A DNA stretch of 64,000 bases from a virus (IMGVR_UViG_3300037424_000564:96001-160000), one strand, 5' to 3'. Counted from the first letter of the stretch, positions 18,238-28,746 are shown. A program made the numbers and translations. The notes: generated by a model not told the origin, from the letters alone.

Positions 18238-18645
18238 TTATTTGATGATTTTTATTTCATAACCTAGAAGTTCTGAAATCTGTTTGACTGAAAGTTCTTT
18301 GACTGGATTGATTTTCTTATTAAATTCTTCTTCAGTATATTTTTTACCTTCAATATACCAGAACTTAGCTCCATCAGGGTATTCGATAGCTGGCCCATCT
18401 AGTCTATGGGGTTTCCCATTCTGATACCATGCCTTAAATCCATTTGCCCATTCAACAGCAGGACCATCAACACGATGATAGACACCATTTTGATACCAGA
18501 ACTTAGATCCACTAACATATTCAAAAGCAGGACCATCTAGTCGATGTAGTTGACCATTCTGATACCACAGAATAGATCCATCATTTTCAACAGTGACTTC
18601 ATAAGTTTCCATTTTAGTTTTCTCCTTAGTTAAGCTTAATTCCAT
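18238..18645 (-). CDS. MORN-variant (YwqK-like) repeat protein, copy 1
   Basis: Three 22-aa repeats WYQNGxxHRLDGPA; C-tail KELSVKQISELLGYEIKIIK. Confidence 0.75.
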   Translation of the reverse strand: MELSLTKEKTKMETYEVTVENDGSILWYQNGQLHRLDGPAFEYVSGSKFWYQNGVYHRVDGPAVEWANGFKAWYQNGKPHRLDGPAIEYPDGAKFWYIEGKKYTEEEFNKKINPVKELSVKQISELLGYEIKIIK

Positions 18646-19180
18646 TTTCTACGCCACTATCGAATGCTTCATTTGAGTATCCTGACTTAACAATCTTGAT
18701 TTCCTTGACTTTATTTGTAGGGAAACCAAACATTTTAAGTAGAAGACCTTTAGGAACGGTTCCGATCATATCTTGATATACACGTTGACGATCAATCAGT
18801 TTCTTTTGTTCATTTTCAAATTTATCTCTACCAATTACCATAGCATCTTGAATTTTTCCATATAGAGAGGAATCAAAGTTAATTTCGTGTTCTTTAAGAA
18901 ACTGAAACATTGCCTGTGAACCATCTTTACCATATCGCCCTTGAAGTGCGCCAGTAATTACTTCTTTGTAATCATTTTTGTACATTGTTGGAATTTGAAC
19001 CATTTCCCCAATTTTGTTTGAGTATTGAGAAAGGTTGTTTTGATTTTGTTCATACTGTGCAACTAGAGAATTTTCAGTTTTGATAGCTCCGTTGTATGCA
19101 GATACACCATACATAACAAAAGATCCAACACAAACCAGCATAGCTACGAATACTGCCCCTACGATCATCCACGTTTTCAT
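18626..19180 (-). CDS. LemA-like membrane-anchored coiled-coil protein
   Basis: N-terminal TM, YNGAIKTENSLVAQYEQ, coiled coil. Confidence 0.5.
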   Translation of the reverse strand: MKTWMIVGAVFVAMLVCVGSFVMYGVSAYNGAIKTENSLVAQYEQNQNNLSQYSNKIGEMVQIPTMYKNDYKEVITGALQGRYGKDGSQAMFQFLKEHEINFDSSLYGKIQDAMVIGRDKFENEQKKLIDRQRVYQDMIGTVPKGLLLKMFGFPTNKVKEIKIVKSGYSNEAFDSGVENGIKLN

Positions 19181-20283
19181 TTAAATCTCCTTCTTGAGTT
19201 ATAGTTTCTTTGATTTTCATCACCAAACACATCTTCGGTGTGAAAGAAATAAGTTAGTCCAATACTAATTACCAATGATAACACAAATGCTAGAATGATA
19301 ACCCATAATGGAGGTTCAATTTGATCTTTGAGATATGCATAATCTTCCATCTTCATTAGTTTATAATGAAGAATAATATTATCACTAATTGTACTAAGCG
19401 CATATTCTCGATATTCATCATTCAACGTATTGAATAGCTCTAATTGAGCCTTCAGATAATGTTTTATTGATTCATTTTCCCAACCTACAACTCTAACAAA
19501 ATCAATAGTCGGATATTTACTGACACCAAAAACAATAATAACATCGTTCTTTTTACCATTCAACCATTTTCGTTCTAGCGCAAATTGATAGGTAGGATCT
19601 GCAACATTTACAAATTGAATAATTGGATTGACTTTATATTTACTACCAAGTTTTTTTGCAATCTCTGCCAAACCATCATTCCACTGTTTCTTATCGTTCA
19701 ATGATACACCTACTACCTGAACTCTGTCAATTTTATAATAATCATAAACAGTAGGATAATTTGGAACCTTTTTGACCATTTCATCGTCTTGTGAATATTG
19801 CTCACCAAAAATAGATTCAGGTACGGCTTTGACGTAGTTTGTATATCCTTTTTCTGTTGCATATGGTTCGCCTACTACAACTTGCGCCCATCGTTTAGGA
19901 GTAATTAGTCCTTGCCTATCTTCTCTATGGATATTAAAACTACCATCAATGTTAGTATCAACCCGCCAATTGTTATCATAATCATGGTCATAACATGTTT
20001 GGCAGACTTGTGTAGTACAATCTTTTCCACAAGAAACTGTCACACAAAAACAATCATAAGAATGAGAACAACTAACCCTAACCTTTTCTTTATTTGTGAT
20101 TTGACCATTCCAAACTTCAGTATCTGATGTTTGTGAAAACAAACCACATCCAATTACAATAGCTACGATAACCACTGAAATAAGAATCTGAATTAGCATT
20201 TCTTTCCATGTGATTGTATGATGAAGTTTGAACTTTGCACCCCATGCAATTAGAAGGGGAATTAGTAGGATGAACCAATACAT
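19177..20283 (-). CDS. Membrane protein with Cys-rich extracytoplasmic and TPM-like region
   Basis: TM helices at both ends, CSHSYDCFC...CQTC, WLNGKKNDVIIV. Confidence 0.55.
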   Translation of the reverse strand: MYWFILLIPLLIAWGAKFKLHHTITWKEMLIQILISVVIVAIVIGCGLFSQTSDTEVWNGQITNKEKVRVSCSHSYDCFCVTVSCGKDCTTQVCQTCYDHDYDNNWRVDTNIDGSFNIHREDRQGLITPKRWAQVVVGEPYATEKGYTNYVKAVPESIFGEQYSQDDEMVKKVPNYPTVYDYYKIDRVQVVGVSLNDKKQWNDGLAEIAKKLGSKYKVNPIIQFVNVADPTYQFALERKWLNGKKNDVIIVFGVSKYPTIDFVRVVGWENESIKHYLKAQLELFNTLNDEYREYALSTISDNIILHYKLMKMEDYAYLKDQIEPPLWVIILAFVLSLVISIGLTYFFHTEDVFGDENQRNYNSRRRFK

Positions 20284-20294
20284 ATCTATTCCTT

Positions 20295-20849
20295 TCAGGA
20301 GTTAAGAGATTTTCTCAACATGTTAGTTATATTTTCAAATACTTCATCTTTTTCCATAGTGACAATAATCGTATGAAATTCCGACAATTTATGATAAAGA
20401 GATTCAATAAAAAGATTTTTATCGGAATGCCCCATTTCATCAAGATATCTCATATTCAAAATAATATCAGAAATTGACATTTTTTTAAAATCAAATTTTT
20501 TAAAATCAAATTTCATATATTGTTCAGCCATATCAGTATCTTCGCAATATGCAGAACATTTATAATTTAGTTTATCATATGACTTTGTTTCATAGATAGC
20601 AAGAGTAGGTTGACCATTATCATCATAATAATCATGCTTCCAAAATTGTTTATTATATTCTTCATGGTCCCTGAAGTCAAAAATAACTTCAATTGACTCT
20701 GCACTAACATTATCTTCAATTCGAATAATTTTTGCTTTACAACCAGCATCCAGTTCAAATTCATCCCAAAGAGGTTGTTTAATCGTAACTTCAATAGGAA
20801 GAACAATCTCACCGCTAAAACATTTTTCATATAGTTCACGATAGTTCAT
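20295..20849 (-). CDS. Hypothetical protein
   Basis: AAGGAG RBS, promoter 20873-20901. Confidence 0.65.
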   Translation of the reverse strand: MNYRELYEKCFSGEIVLPIEVTIKQPLWDEFELDAGCKAKIIRIEDNVSAESIEVIFDFRDHEEYNKQFWKHDYYDDNGQPTLAIYETKSYDKLNYKCSAYCEDTDMAEQYMKFDFKKFDFKKMSISDIILNMRYLDEMGHSDKNLFIESLYHKLSEFHTIIVTMEKDEVFENITNMLRKSLNS

Positions 20850-20872
20850 AGTGTTTCTCCTTGGTTGAAATA

Positions 20873-20901
20873 AATATACTAGATATTGATTTAATTGTCA
20901 A
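20873..20901 (-). promoter_or_regulatory. sigma70-type early promoter
   Basis: TTGACA-17-TATATT. Confidence 0.75.
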
Positions 20902-20906
20902 TTTAA

Positions 20907-21280
20907 TTATTTGATGATTTTTACTTCATACCCTAGAAGTTCTGAAATCTGTTTGACTGAAAGTTCTTTGACTGGATTGATTTTCTTATTAAATTCTTCT
21001 TCAGTATATTTTTACCTTCAATATACCATGATTTATATCCATCTGCCCTCACAATAGCAGGACCATCTAGTCGATGCCTTTGTCCATTCTGAAACCAGTA
21101 CTTAGATCCATCTGCACGTTCCACAGCAGGACCATCTAGTCGATGTAGTTTCCCATTCTGAAACCATTCCTTATATCCATCTGCACGTTCCACAGCAGGA
21201 CCATCTAGTCGATGTAGTTTCCCATTTTGACTCCAACAAATAGTTCCATCATCATCAATAGTGACTTTATAAGTTTCCAT
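20907..21280 (-). pseudogene. MORN-variant repeat protein, copy 2, frameshifted
   Basis: Paralog of 18238-18645; A5 (21009-21013) versus A6 in copy 1 shifts the conserved C-tail out of frame; internal 66-nt repeats. Confidence 0.7.
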
Positions 21281-21318
21281 TTTGTTTTCTCCTTTAAGTA
21301 TTTTATTTTTGTCAATGA

Positions 21319-22053
21319 TTAAATATATTTCTCTTCTTTTACTGAAATAGTTCCAAAATTGGTTTTAATTAATGTATCATACTTTTCTTTATATTCATTA
21401 AGGATATAAAGAAAATTAAATTTAGAACCATTTAAGAAATGGCGGTATTGATATGCCCATTCCTTCCTGTATAAGAAAGATCCCATGTTATAGTCATATT
21501 CGTAACAATCTTTTTTGGTGAATAATTCCAATCCTTCTGTCAACGCAACTGTCTGAGTAAGTTGAAAAGCGAAAAATTTATAAATATCTGCAATTGATCC
21601 TTTCCCTGAAAAATCATATTCTTTAGTAAAATCAATCTTATCTAGAACATTGATTTTGTCTTGGAGACTTTCTGATCGAAGGGCATGTTTGATTTCAGTT
21701 CTCATTTCAGTTTTTGAAAACATTGACAAAATACCGCGAGTTGTACGCAGAACTTTCATTTCTACATGCCGTGGTACGCGATAAATAACGGGTAATTGAT
21801 ACACCTGATCATGCAGATGATAAGTAGATAACATACCGTTATTTACTTCATCAATAGTTCCTTTATATGCTTTAACCACAACTCCATCTAGAACTGATAC
21901 AATATTTCCATTAGCCTGATGTTTTGTTGAAAGATTCTCACAAAGAATTTTACAATCTTGAATTGATGTGGGGGAATTATAAGGCGGAACGATAAAGAAA
22001 ATATCCTTATCAAGTGAATCATGTGACCCATGAATAATATATGGAGTTTGCAT
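21319..22053 (-). CDS. Putative Pol-beta-superfamily nucleotidyltransferase
   Basis: N-terminal HGSHDSLDKD (GS...DxD). Confidence 0.5.
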   Translation of the reverse strand: MQTPYIIHGSHDSLDKDIFFIVPPYNSPTSIQDCKILCENLSTKHQANGNIVSVLDGVVVKAYKGTIDEVNNGMLSTYHLHDQVYQLPVIYRVPRHVEMKVLRTTRGILSMFSKTEMRTEIKHALRSESLQDKINVLDKIDFTKEYDFSGKGSIADIYKFFAFQLTQTVALTEGLELFTKKDCYEYDYNMGSFLYRKEWAYQYRHFLNGSKFNFLYILNEYKEKYDTLIKTNFGTISVKEEKYI

Positions 22054-22055
22054 AT

Positions 22056-22427
22056 TTAAAGTCCTAATTCGCGTTTAATATAAGTATCATATTTTCTAAT
22101 TTTTTCATGTTCAGAGTTGATATTATTATAAATTTCCTTACAATTTGAATATACAAGATCACCCTCAAGATCACCCTCAAGTAAAACAATATTACGACGA
22201 TGAACGTCAATTAGATTATATAGATTAGCAATTCGCTCAATTTTCTTAGTGAACTTCTTATTTTTAATTTCGGATTTCTTTTGTTGTTGTTTGTTAATAA
22301 ATCCAATAATACGATTTACCGCTACTTTAATACCACAAATTTCTTTACAATCTTGATAATAATCATAACCAATATAAACGTTATCATCTATAATTCGAAA
22401 TAGTTTGTCTGCATATTTGTCAGCCAT
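22056..22427 (-). CDS. Hypothetical protein
   Basis: AAGGGAG RBS, own promoter. Confidence 0.65.
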   Translation of the reverse strand: MADKYADKLFRIIDDNVYIGYDYYQDCKEICGIKVAVNRIIGFINKQQQKKSEIKNKKFTKKIERIANLYNLIDVHRRNIVLLEGDLEGDLVYSNCKEIYNNINSEHEKIRKYDTYIKRELGL

Positions 22428-22431
22428 AAAA

Positions 22432-22488
22432 ATACTCCCTTCAAGTTTATTATGAAGGGAGTATATCGTACATATATATTATTGTCAA
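22432..22488 (-). promoter_or_regulatory. sigma70 promoter overlapping a 12-bp RBS-occluding inverted repeat
   Basis: TTGACA-17-TATACT; arms 22432-22443 and 22453-22464. Confidence 0.75.
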
Positions 22489-22494
22489 TTTATT

Positions 22495-24798
22495 TTATGC
22501 ACATTTTGTCCAAGAACAGTCCAAAGAAGAACATTTTATACATCCTTCAGTATATAGTAAATCAGAATTACATACAGGACATTTTTCTTTTTGATTTACC
22601 TGCTTGCAGTACTTATTAATTGATCTAATGATTGCTTTATCAAAATCAACAATACTTCCGTTTGATTTCTGAAGTACAGATTTCAAGTATTCGATACTAG
22701 CTCCATGACGTAGAGCTAATGACATTAAACGAGTTACGTATTCACGTAGATCATTTACATAAGCACTAGAGATATCATCTACTAATACCTCACCATTATG
22801 AACAAATTGATATACTTTCTTTCCATCTTTTTTACTCTTAACCATTTCACCTTCAGTAATACTAGTGTCAAAATCAACAGCTTCTATCTTACCTGCGATA
22901 ATCTCATATGGATCATCATTTAGCAATCCAATGAATACAATCCATTTCTCACCAGCATTAGTATGTCTATTGATAATAGAAACTCTAAACACATTACAAG
23001 GTAAAGATTTTGGTCTTTTAGGTGCATTAGTTTTAATTATACTATCACCTTTATCTTTTGTATTACTGTGAACTAAAATACCATCACGACAACCATCACG
23101 ATATACAGTAACACCAATAACTCCTAGATCATGCGCTTTAAGATATACATCACTGATTTCTTCTCTAGTTGCTGTAGAAGGAAGATTAATTGTTTTAGAT
23201 ACACTTAAAGAAGTATTTCTAGCAACAATACCTAGTGAGTTCAAATGTTCCATTGGAGTTAAATCAGAAGCGACAACAAATATCGCTCTATCTTTTTCTG
23301 ACATTTCCAAAACATTTTGACAAGATCCTTTGTTGTCTGAAACTTGTTTGAGAATTTTTACTTTAGTTTTTTCATCAAAAGTATCAGTTAAATACTTATC
23401 GAAGATAGGATCACTAATATAAACAGTTTCATATTCACGATTGAGTTTTTCAATTTTTCTAGCATAAGTCAATGCAAAAACTGGCTCAATACCACCTGTT
23501 GTGTTCGCTAGATAAGAAATACTCCCATTTGGAGCAATTGAGGTAAAACAAGAGTTAGCAATTCCATATTTTTTGATTTTTTCTTTTAGAACATTGGTCA
23601 ATGACATTCTAGAATCATTAAAAAATCTTGAATTTGCTTTCATAAAAAGATCGTAATCATATGCAGGATAAGATTTACCTTCTTCTTTAGCAATTTCACA
23701 TGATTCATCCATACTAATTAGTGTTAATTTATTGAAAATTACATCAGTAATGGAATCTGCTTCAGGAGAATTAAAAGGAATACCAAGTAGATATAACATA
23801 TGAGCATATCCCATCGCACCTAAACCAATAGGACGAACTTGTTTGGTTACTTCTTCAATTTTAAGCAAAGGGTAATTATTAATATCAATTACATTATTAA
23901 GAAATCTAGTTGCAGTTCTAATAGCCTTTTCATATGCATCAAAATCAAATTCGCCATTAATAACAAAATTAACTAGATTGAGAGATCCTAAATTACATGA
24001 ACTATATGGAATAGATACATATTCTGCACAAGGATTTGATAGAACATATTCTCCAATGTTGGTTACAGTACATTGACGGGTTGCAATATCAATATTAAAA
24101 ATACCGGGTTCAGCACAAAGCCAAGCATATTCGATAATTTCATCCCAAAGCATTTGTGTTGTTACTGGTTTCCCATTATCAAGTAATGGAAACCATTCAC
24201 CTTTTTGTGTACATACCATATGAGGAGAATCTGGAGAATTTTTTAACTTAAAGTAGAATTCATCAGTCATACGAACAGAGAAATTCAATCTCTCCATTAC
24301 ACCTTTTTTAGATTTTTCTCTGATAAAATCGAGAATATTAGGATGATTGACATTAAATTGAGCCATTCCAGCACCACGACGAACACCACCTTGTTGTATC
24401 CCATCCAGCATTGTATTAAATGATGCTGCAAAAGGTAAAGGACCAGAAGATTGACGTTCTAATGATTTAATATTTTCATATGAAGATCTAAGTCTAGAAA
24501 ATACATATCCAACACCGCCAGATGCTTTAGTAACTAAAGCACCTTCTTTAAGAGCATCAAATATTCCTTCAATAGAATCTTCAATTCCCATAGTAAAACA
24601 AGAAGATAATGTACCTTTACGTTTACCACCAGTATTTGCATTCATAAGAGTTGGGGATGAAGGAATAAAGGTTTTGTTATTAATATCATCATATGATGGG
24701 GGAAAGATAGCAGAAATTCTTTTTGCTAATTGTGACCATGATCTTTCTTCTGGGAGGTAATATCGCTCATTAAGAAGATTTTGTATGTTTTGTTCCAT
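22495..24798 (-). CDS. nrdJ: Class II (B12-dependent) ribonucleotide reductase
   Basis: PSSPTLMNA, LSSCF, RRGAGM, NPCAE, CNLGSLNL, IAPNGSIS, TVYRDG; C-terminal extension with CPVC...CIKC; no nrdB nearby. Confidence 0.9.
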   Translation of the reverse strand: MEQNIQNLLNERYYLPEERSWSQLAKRISAIFPPSYDDINNKTFIPSSPTLMNANTGGKRKGTLSSCFTMGIEDSIEGIFDALKEGALVTKASGGVGYVFSRLRSSYENIKSLERQSSGPLPFAASFNTMLDGIQQGGVRRGAGMAQFNVNHPNILDFIREKSKKGVMERLNFSVRMTDEFYFKLKNSPDSPHMVCTQKGEWFPLLDNGKPVTTQMLWDEIIEYAWLCAEPGIFNIDIATRQCTVTNIGEYVLSNPCAEYVSIPYSSCNLGSLNLVNFVINGEFDFDAYEKAIRTATRFLNNVIDINNYPLLKIEEVTKQVRPIGLGAMGYAHMLYLLGIPFNSPEADSITDVIFNKLTLISMDESCEIAKEEGKSYPAYDYDLFMKANSRFFNDSRMSLTNVLKEKIKKYGIANSCFTSIAPNGSISYLANTTGGIEPVFALTYARKIEKLNREYETVYISDPIFDKYLTDTFDEKTKVKILKQVSDNKGSCQNVLEMSEKDRAIFVVASDLTPMEHLNSLGIVARNTSLSVSKTINLPSTATREEISDVYLKAHDLGVIGVTVYRDGCRDGILVHSNTKDKGDSIIKTNAPKRPKSLPCNVFRVSIINRHTNAGEKWIVFIGLLNDDPYEIIAGKIEAVDFDTSITEGEMVKSKKDGKKVYQFVHNGEVLVDDISSAYVNDLREYVTRLMSLALRHGASIEYLKSVLQKSNGSIVDFDKAIIRSINKYCKQVNQKEKCPVCNSDLLYTEGCIKCSSLDCSWTKCA

Positions 24799-25495
24799 TA
24801 AATAATATCCTTATTTTGTAGTCGATTAAAAGTTCTAATTCTATGACATATAGCGCAAACAACTTCACATTTTTCTATTTCACTAATTGCAGATTTTATA
24901 CTAGAAGAATTACATACATTAAATTTTTTATCTCCAATAACATGATCAAATTCCAATGCGGCATGATGTTTGTTATATCCACATTCAATACATCCCTTTT
25001 CTAATTTATATTGTCGTAAAAAATCTTGAATTTTTATTCTTCTTTTATTTGATATTTTATTTACTCTAATTTTATATGATGGGTCTTTTTCTATTTTTTC
25101 TTTATACCATTGTCTTCTTTTTTTGAATCATATGGTCTAACTGTACCTAATCTTTTAATATTATTATCATATTGATATTTTTTTATCTTGTCTTGATTAT
25201 TTGAATCCCAAAAAATTCGTTTGCATTTATTTGAACAAAAAGTTGATTTTGAGTTTGTTGGTATAAATTCTAACGCACAATTTTTACATATCAAAATTTT
25301 ATTTTTAAAAAATATTCCACACCCACATGATTTTACTTTATTATGTGTTAAATCTGAACTTCTAATTTTTACTTCTTTCCCACAATCACAGACACATAAT
25401 AAATTTTTTCTTCCATCATATTCATGCAATTCCAAACTTCTCAATACTAATAAATTATTAAATTTAATACCAATATATTTTTTTGTTGTCTTCAT
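24798..25495 (-). mobile_element. Free-standing HNH homing endonuclease interrupted by a -1 frameshift
   Basis: 5' ORF (CVCDCG...KSCGC) joins via an A7 run near 25114-25120 to a -1 frame encoding GCIECG...LEFDH...EIEKCEVVCAICHRIRT, ending at the nrdJ ATG. Confidence 0.8.
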
Positions 25496-25504
25496 AACAT
25501 TAAC

Positions 25505-25537
25505 CTTTCATAAATAGTTTATATGTATTTATGAAAG
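25505..25537 (-). promoter_or_regulatory. Late-type promoter CATAAATA in a 12-bp hairpin that hides the HNH RBS
   Basis: Perfect arms 25505-25516 and 25526-25537; GAAAGG RBS at the end of the 3' arm. Confidence 0.7.
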
Positions 25538-25819
25538 TTTTTCTTTACACTTTTTTTCTTTTATTTTTTCATAATTTTTTAGAAATATTGCTTCTTTTAT
25601 TGCCCAAACATCATTACAATTCCCATGTACGATGTAATCACCTTCCATAACATAATGACAAGATTCTTCGGTATCTTCAAGAGTTCTTATTTTACCAACA
25701 AAAATCATATCACCAACAACATGTTCTTTTTCTAATAAAGTTACATCTGTAAAATTGTTTGATTCTTTGAACCATTGATAAGCTTCTACCGCTATCGGTT
25801 TCTTTCTCCATTTAGCCAT
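25529..25819 (-). CDS. Conserved phage hypothetical (PGDYG-like)
   Basis: WRKKPIAVEAYQW...EGDYIV. Confidence 0.6.
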   Translation of the reverse strand: MAKWRKKPIAVEAYQWFKESNNFTDVTLLEKEHVVGDMIFVGKIRTLEDTEESCHYVMEGDYIVHGNCNDVWAIKEAIFLKNYEKIKEKKCKEKLS

Positions 25820-25843
25820 CGTTACTCCATTTCATATAAATTG

Positions 25844-26149
25844 TTATTCGTCTTTATCTTGATAATTATTAGCGATATCTTCAACTCTTTTTTCTAAATC
25901 GAGATTACCATCTAATTCTCGTTGTGTTATTGCATATGGATGTTCAATAGCATCTGAACATTTACCAAACCAACCTTCCCCCATCATTCTAAAATTAGGT
26001 TTAGATACTGTTTGATATGCAGGTTTGCCACACTCACAAACCATTTTATTTTTCTTTTCTTCATGTTCAGTAAAGGATAATTTTACTTCCCATCTAACTT
26101 TACATTCATCACAAGCAAACTGATATTGAGGACTCATTTTTTTCTCCAA
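25844..26149 (-). CDS. FmdB-family zinc ribbon protein
   Basis: PQYQFACDEC...CECG...GEGWF. Confidence 0.75.
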   Translation of the reverse strand: MEKKMSPQYQFACDECKVRWEVKLSFTEHEEKKNKMVCECGKPAYQTVSKPNFRMMGEGWFGKCSDAIEHPYAITQRELDGNLDLEKRVEDIANNYQDKDE

Positions 26150-26175
26150 ACGTTAAGGGGTGATGATATTTAGAT

Positions 26176-27150
26176 TTAAAATTTTCTACTTCTTTTGATT
26201 AGCTTTAATTTGACTACCGCTTGGAATCCTTCAAAAATATTAGAATCAACCATATCTTTTAGTTCTTTTTTTGGCATACCAGCACAAACTGCTTCATTAA
26301 AATCTTTATATTTGAAAGAATTGGGGTATATAAATATTTTTTTATTCTCTTCTGCATATTTAATAGATGTATCTATTCCACGTTTATCATTATCAAGAAT
26401 AAATATTTGATCTTTAATTTTATTGGATACTGCTTCACTTATAGTAACACCTAACATTGCAATAGAATTTTCCAACATTAATGAATCAATGATAGATTCA
26501 AAAATATAAACAGGATCATCTAATTCAACATTGAATAGATTAAATATTTTAGCGGAATCATTTTTTGAATGAGTATGAAATTTTTTTGTTGTTGTATGTC
26601 TTCCTTGAAATCCATACAGACTTTCATCACCAGTTTGAAAGGGAAAGATAATCATCCCAGAAAGCACATGATTAGGATGAATATTATAATAAAATCTATC
26701 TATATGTTCAATTATATTACGTTTTTTGCAAAAATCAAAACAAGCAGAATATTCCCTAGCAGGTTTGAAATATGTTTTATTAAGATTAAAAATATATTTA
26801 AAATCTAATTCTTTACAAACACCATTATCAATTTCTTTAGCTTTTTTCTGTAAGGTGCCATTTCTCAAATCTGCTAGTAATTCTATTCGTTCCTCTTTTT
26901 TATAATCCTCAAAAAGGTAAGGATTGATCTGTTTAATAAAACTTTTTAGATTGGTATCATATCCACAGTTTTGACAGAACACGGTAATAAATGATTTATT
27001 CTGTGTTAGAATGAATAGTCTGGTTTTCCAAGGGGATCTACCTTCATGACAAATAGGACAAGAACAAACATATCCAGATGAAATTTGTTTTAATTTAGGC
27101 AATCCCAACATTGGAATATATTTTATTTCATTATATTTTTCCATAATCAC
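26176..27150 (-). CDS. gp61: DNA primase (T4 gp61-like)
   Basis: CPIC...CQNCG Zn finger; YIFESIIDS, LDNDKRG, KDFNE TOPRIM motifs. Confidence 0.93.
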   Translation of the reverse strand: MIMEKYNEIKYIPMLGLPKLKQISSGYVCSCPICHEGRSPWKTRLFILTQNKSFITVFCQNCGYDTNLKSFIKQINPYLFEDYKKEERIELLADLRNGTLQKKAKEIDNGVCKELDFKYIFNLNKTYFKPAREYSACFDFCKKRNIIEHIDRFYYNIHPNHVLSGMIIFPFQTGDESLYGFQGRHTTTKKFHTHSKNDSAKIFNLFNVELDDPVYIFESIIDSLMLENSIAMLGVTISEAVSNKIKDQIFILDNDKRGIDTSIKYAEENKKIFIYPNSFKYKDFNEAVCAGMPKKELKDMVDSNIFEGFQAVVKLKLIKRSRKF

Positions 27151-27159
27151 TTCGGTATA

Positions 27160-27546
27160 TTAATAGTTTATTTTTCCTAGTCTATCATAGTTAGACTTGC
27201 CTTTAATCTTAGCATCTATATAAACAACTCGTTTACTTTTATATCTTTTTTGTTTTATATCATCAATACAAACAAATTCGTTGTCTTCCCAATTAATGTA
27301 TTTTTTATAGTCATTACGAAGTTTATCAATTTCAGACTGTGTAAGTTGATAATCCCAATTATTATTATCTCGTTGCCGTTCAAATTGTATCATTTGGCAG
27401 TAATGATCAAAAGTTTCCTTTATTAAATTTCCTTCGATTAATGTTGGTGATATATCAACCCAATCACAAACTAACCCATTCCAGAGAATGATATCAGGAT
27501 CACCATCTAATTCTTGTAAAAGTGAAATTAGTTTTGATTTTTTCAT
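27160..27546 (-). CDS. Hypothetical protein
   Basis: 128-aa ORF in replication operon. Confidence 0.6.
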   Translation of the reverse strand: MKKSKLISLLQELDGDPDIILWNGLVCDWVDISPTLIEGNLIKETFDHYCQMIQFERQRDNNNWDYQLTQSEIDKLRNDYKKYINWEDNEFVCIDDIKQKRYKSKRVVYIDAKIKGKSNYDRLGKINY

Positions 27547-27761
27547 TATACAGAGAATTCACAATACTCGTCTAGTCCGATATCAGATACTACACAAGGT
27601 TTAATTTTACTCTTATTTTTCTTAATACATTCTTCGGTTTTATCACAATATAGGCAACAAATGTTATTGTTTGTTTTATGTGATTTAGCTTTTAGACAAT
27701 CTGGACGCATTTTAGCGTTACAAAAATAATTATTACCAGTAAATTTGAGTTTTTCTTTCAT
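27546..27761 (-). CDS. Small Cys-rich hypothetical protein
   Basis: Multiple Cys; overlaps the next start. Confidence 0.55.
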   Translation of the reverse strand: MKEKLKFTGNNYFCNAKMRPDCLKAKSHKTNNNICCLYCDKTEECIKKNKSKIKPCVVSDIGLDEYCEFSV

Positions 27762-27772
27762 ATGATTTCCTT

Positions 27773-28714
27773 TCAGGAGAAAAAATCTTCTAGATTAGAT
27801 TCTGATTTTTCTGAGTCATTTTTAATTTCATCAAAAAACTTTGTGGTTTTTGTTTTACTTGCAGTTTCTGATAGTTTGAATGAATATATATCTTCAGCAT
27901 GTTTTGACAACCCATATTTCATGAATGTCTTCATTAGATTCATATTATTAAAACTAAAAGTTTGATTGTTGAATTCAGTTAGGATAATAGTCTTAATTTC
28001 AGAAGGGATATTCTCAAATAGGATCAAATCAGCATTGAATTTATATCTGGCTCTTAAGATAGGATCACTTGCTAATAATTCATCTAAATCTTTTACAATT
28101 TTTAAAGCAGTTTTCTCTCCTAAACGACTTCTGATAGCTGGAATATTATCAGTCTTATCTCCAATCATTGTGTGGATCTTTTTGAATAAATCAATATTTT
28201 GTTCTGGTTTGAAAGTTTGCTTCAATGGATCAAATATTTTGACATTTTCTGTTTGAAGTTGAACAAAGTCTTTGTCAGAAGATACAACCCAAACATCTGA
28301 ATCCCCAAACTTTTCTGCTAGTACTGCAATTATATCATCTGCCTCACATTTGTCAATTTTTAATACATAGAAATCCGAATATGCTTGAAGTGCCATGCAA
28401 ATTTCTGTTGAGATTTGTTTAATCTTATCCCAAGGTAACACATCGTCTGTCTTACGATTACCTTTGTATTTCATTTCTTTTAGATCATCGAATTGACTAC
28501 AATTTTTAATATAATAATCATGTCTCCATGATGGGGAAGAATCCATACAAATAACGAATGGATTTTGTTTTGATACTGCTAATTTTCTAGAATAAGATAC
28601 TACTTGCGTAAGAATCAAATGAGCTACAAAATTTGGATTGATAATTACTTCTTCTTGGTTCATATGCACAGTACGATGAAGTGCATGGGATAGATCAAAA
28701 AGTATAATAAACAC
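27773..28714 (-). CDS. rnh: T4-type RNase H / 5'-3' exonuclease (FEN-like)
   Basis: YKGNR, EADDIIAVL, SSDKDFVQL, GDKTDNIP. Confidence 0.92.
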   Translation of the reverse strand: MFIILFDLSHALHRTVHMNQEEVIINPNFVAHLILTQVVSYSRKLAVSKQNPFVICMDSSPSWRHDYYIKNCSQFDDLKEMKYKGNRKTDDVLPWDKIKQISTEICMALQAYSDFYVLKIDKCEADDIIAVLAEKFGDSDVWVVSSDKDFVQLQTENVKIFDPLKQTFKPEQNIDLFKKIHTMIGDKTDNIPAIRSRLGEKTALKIVKDLDELLASDPILRARYKFNADLILFENIPSEIKTIILTEFNNQTFSFNNMNLMKTFMKYGLSKHAEDIYSFKLSETASKTKTTKFFDEIKNDSEKSESNLEDFFS

Positions 28715-28746
28715 CTACCATTTCTTCATATATTTATTCATAAAAA

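Noticed and set aside
18238-21280. Diversity-generating retroelement template/variable repeat pair
   Set aside because: No reverse transcriptase in the window, both copies are coding paralogues, and differences are not confined to adenines.
21287-21315. TTGACA before MORN copy 2 as a promoter
   Set aside because: The only -10-like hexamer is 9 nt away and the 17-nt position falls on the RBS.
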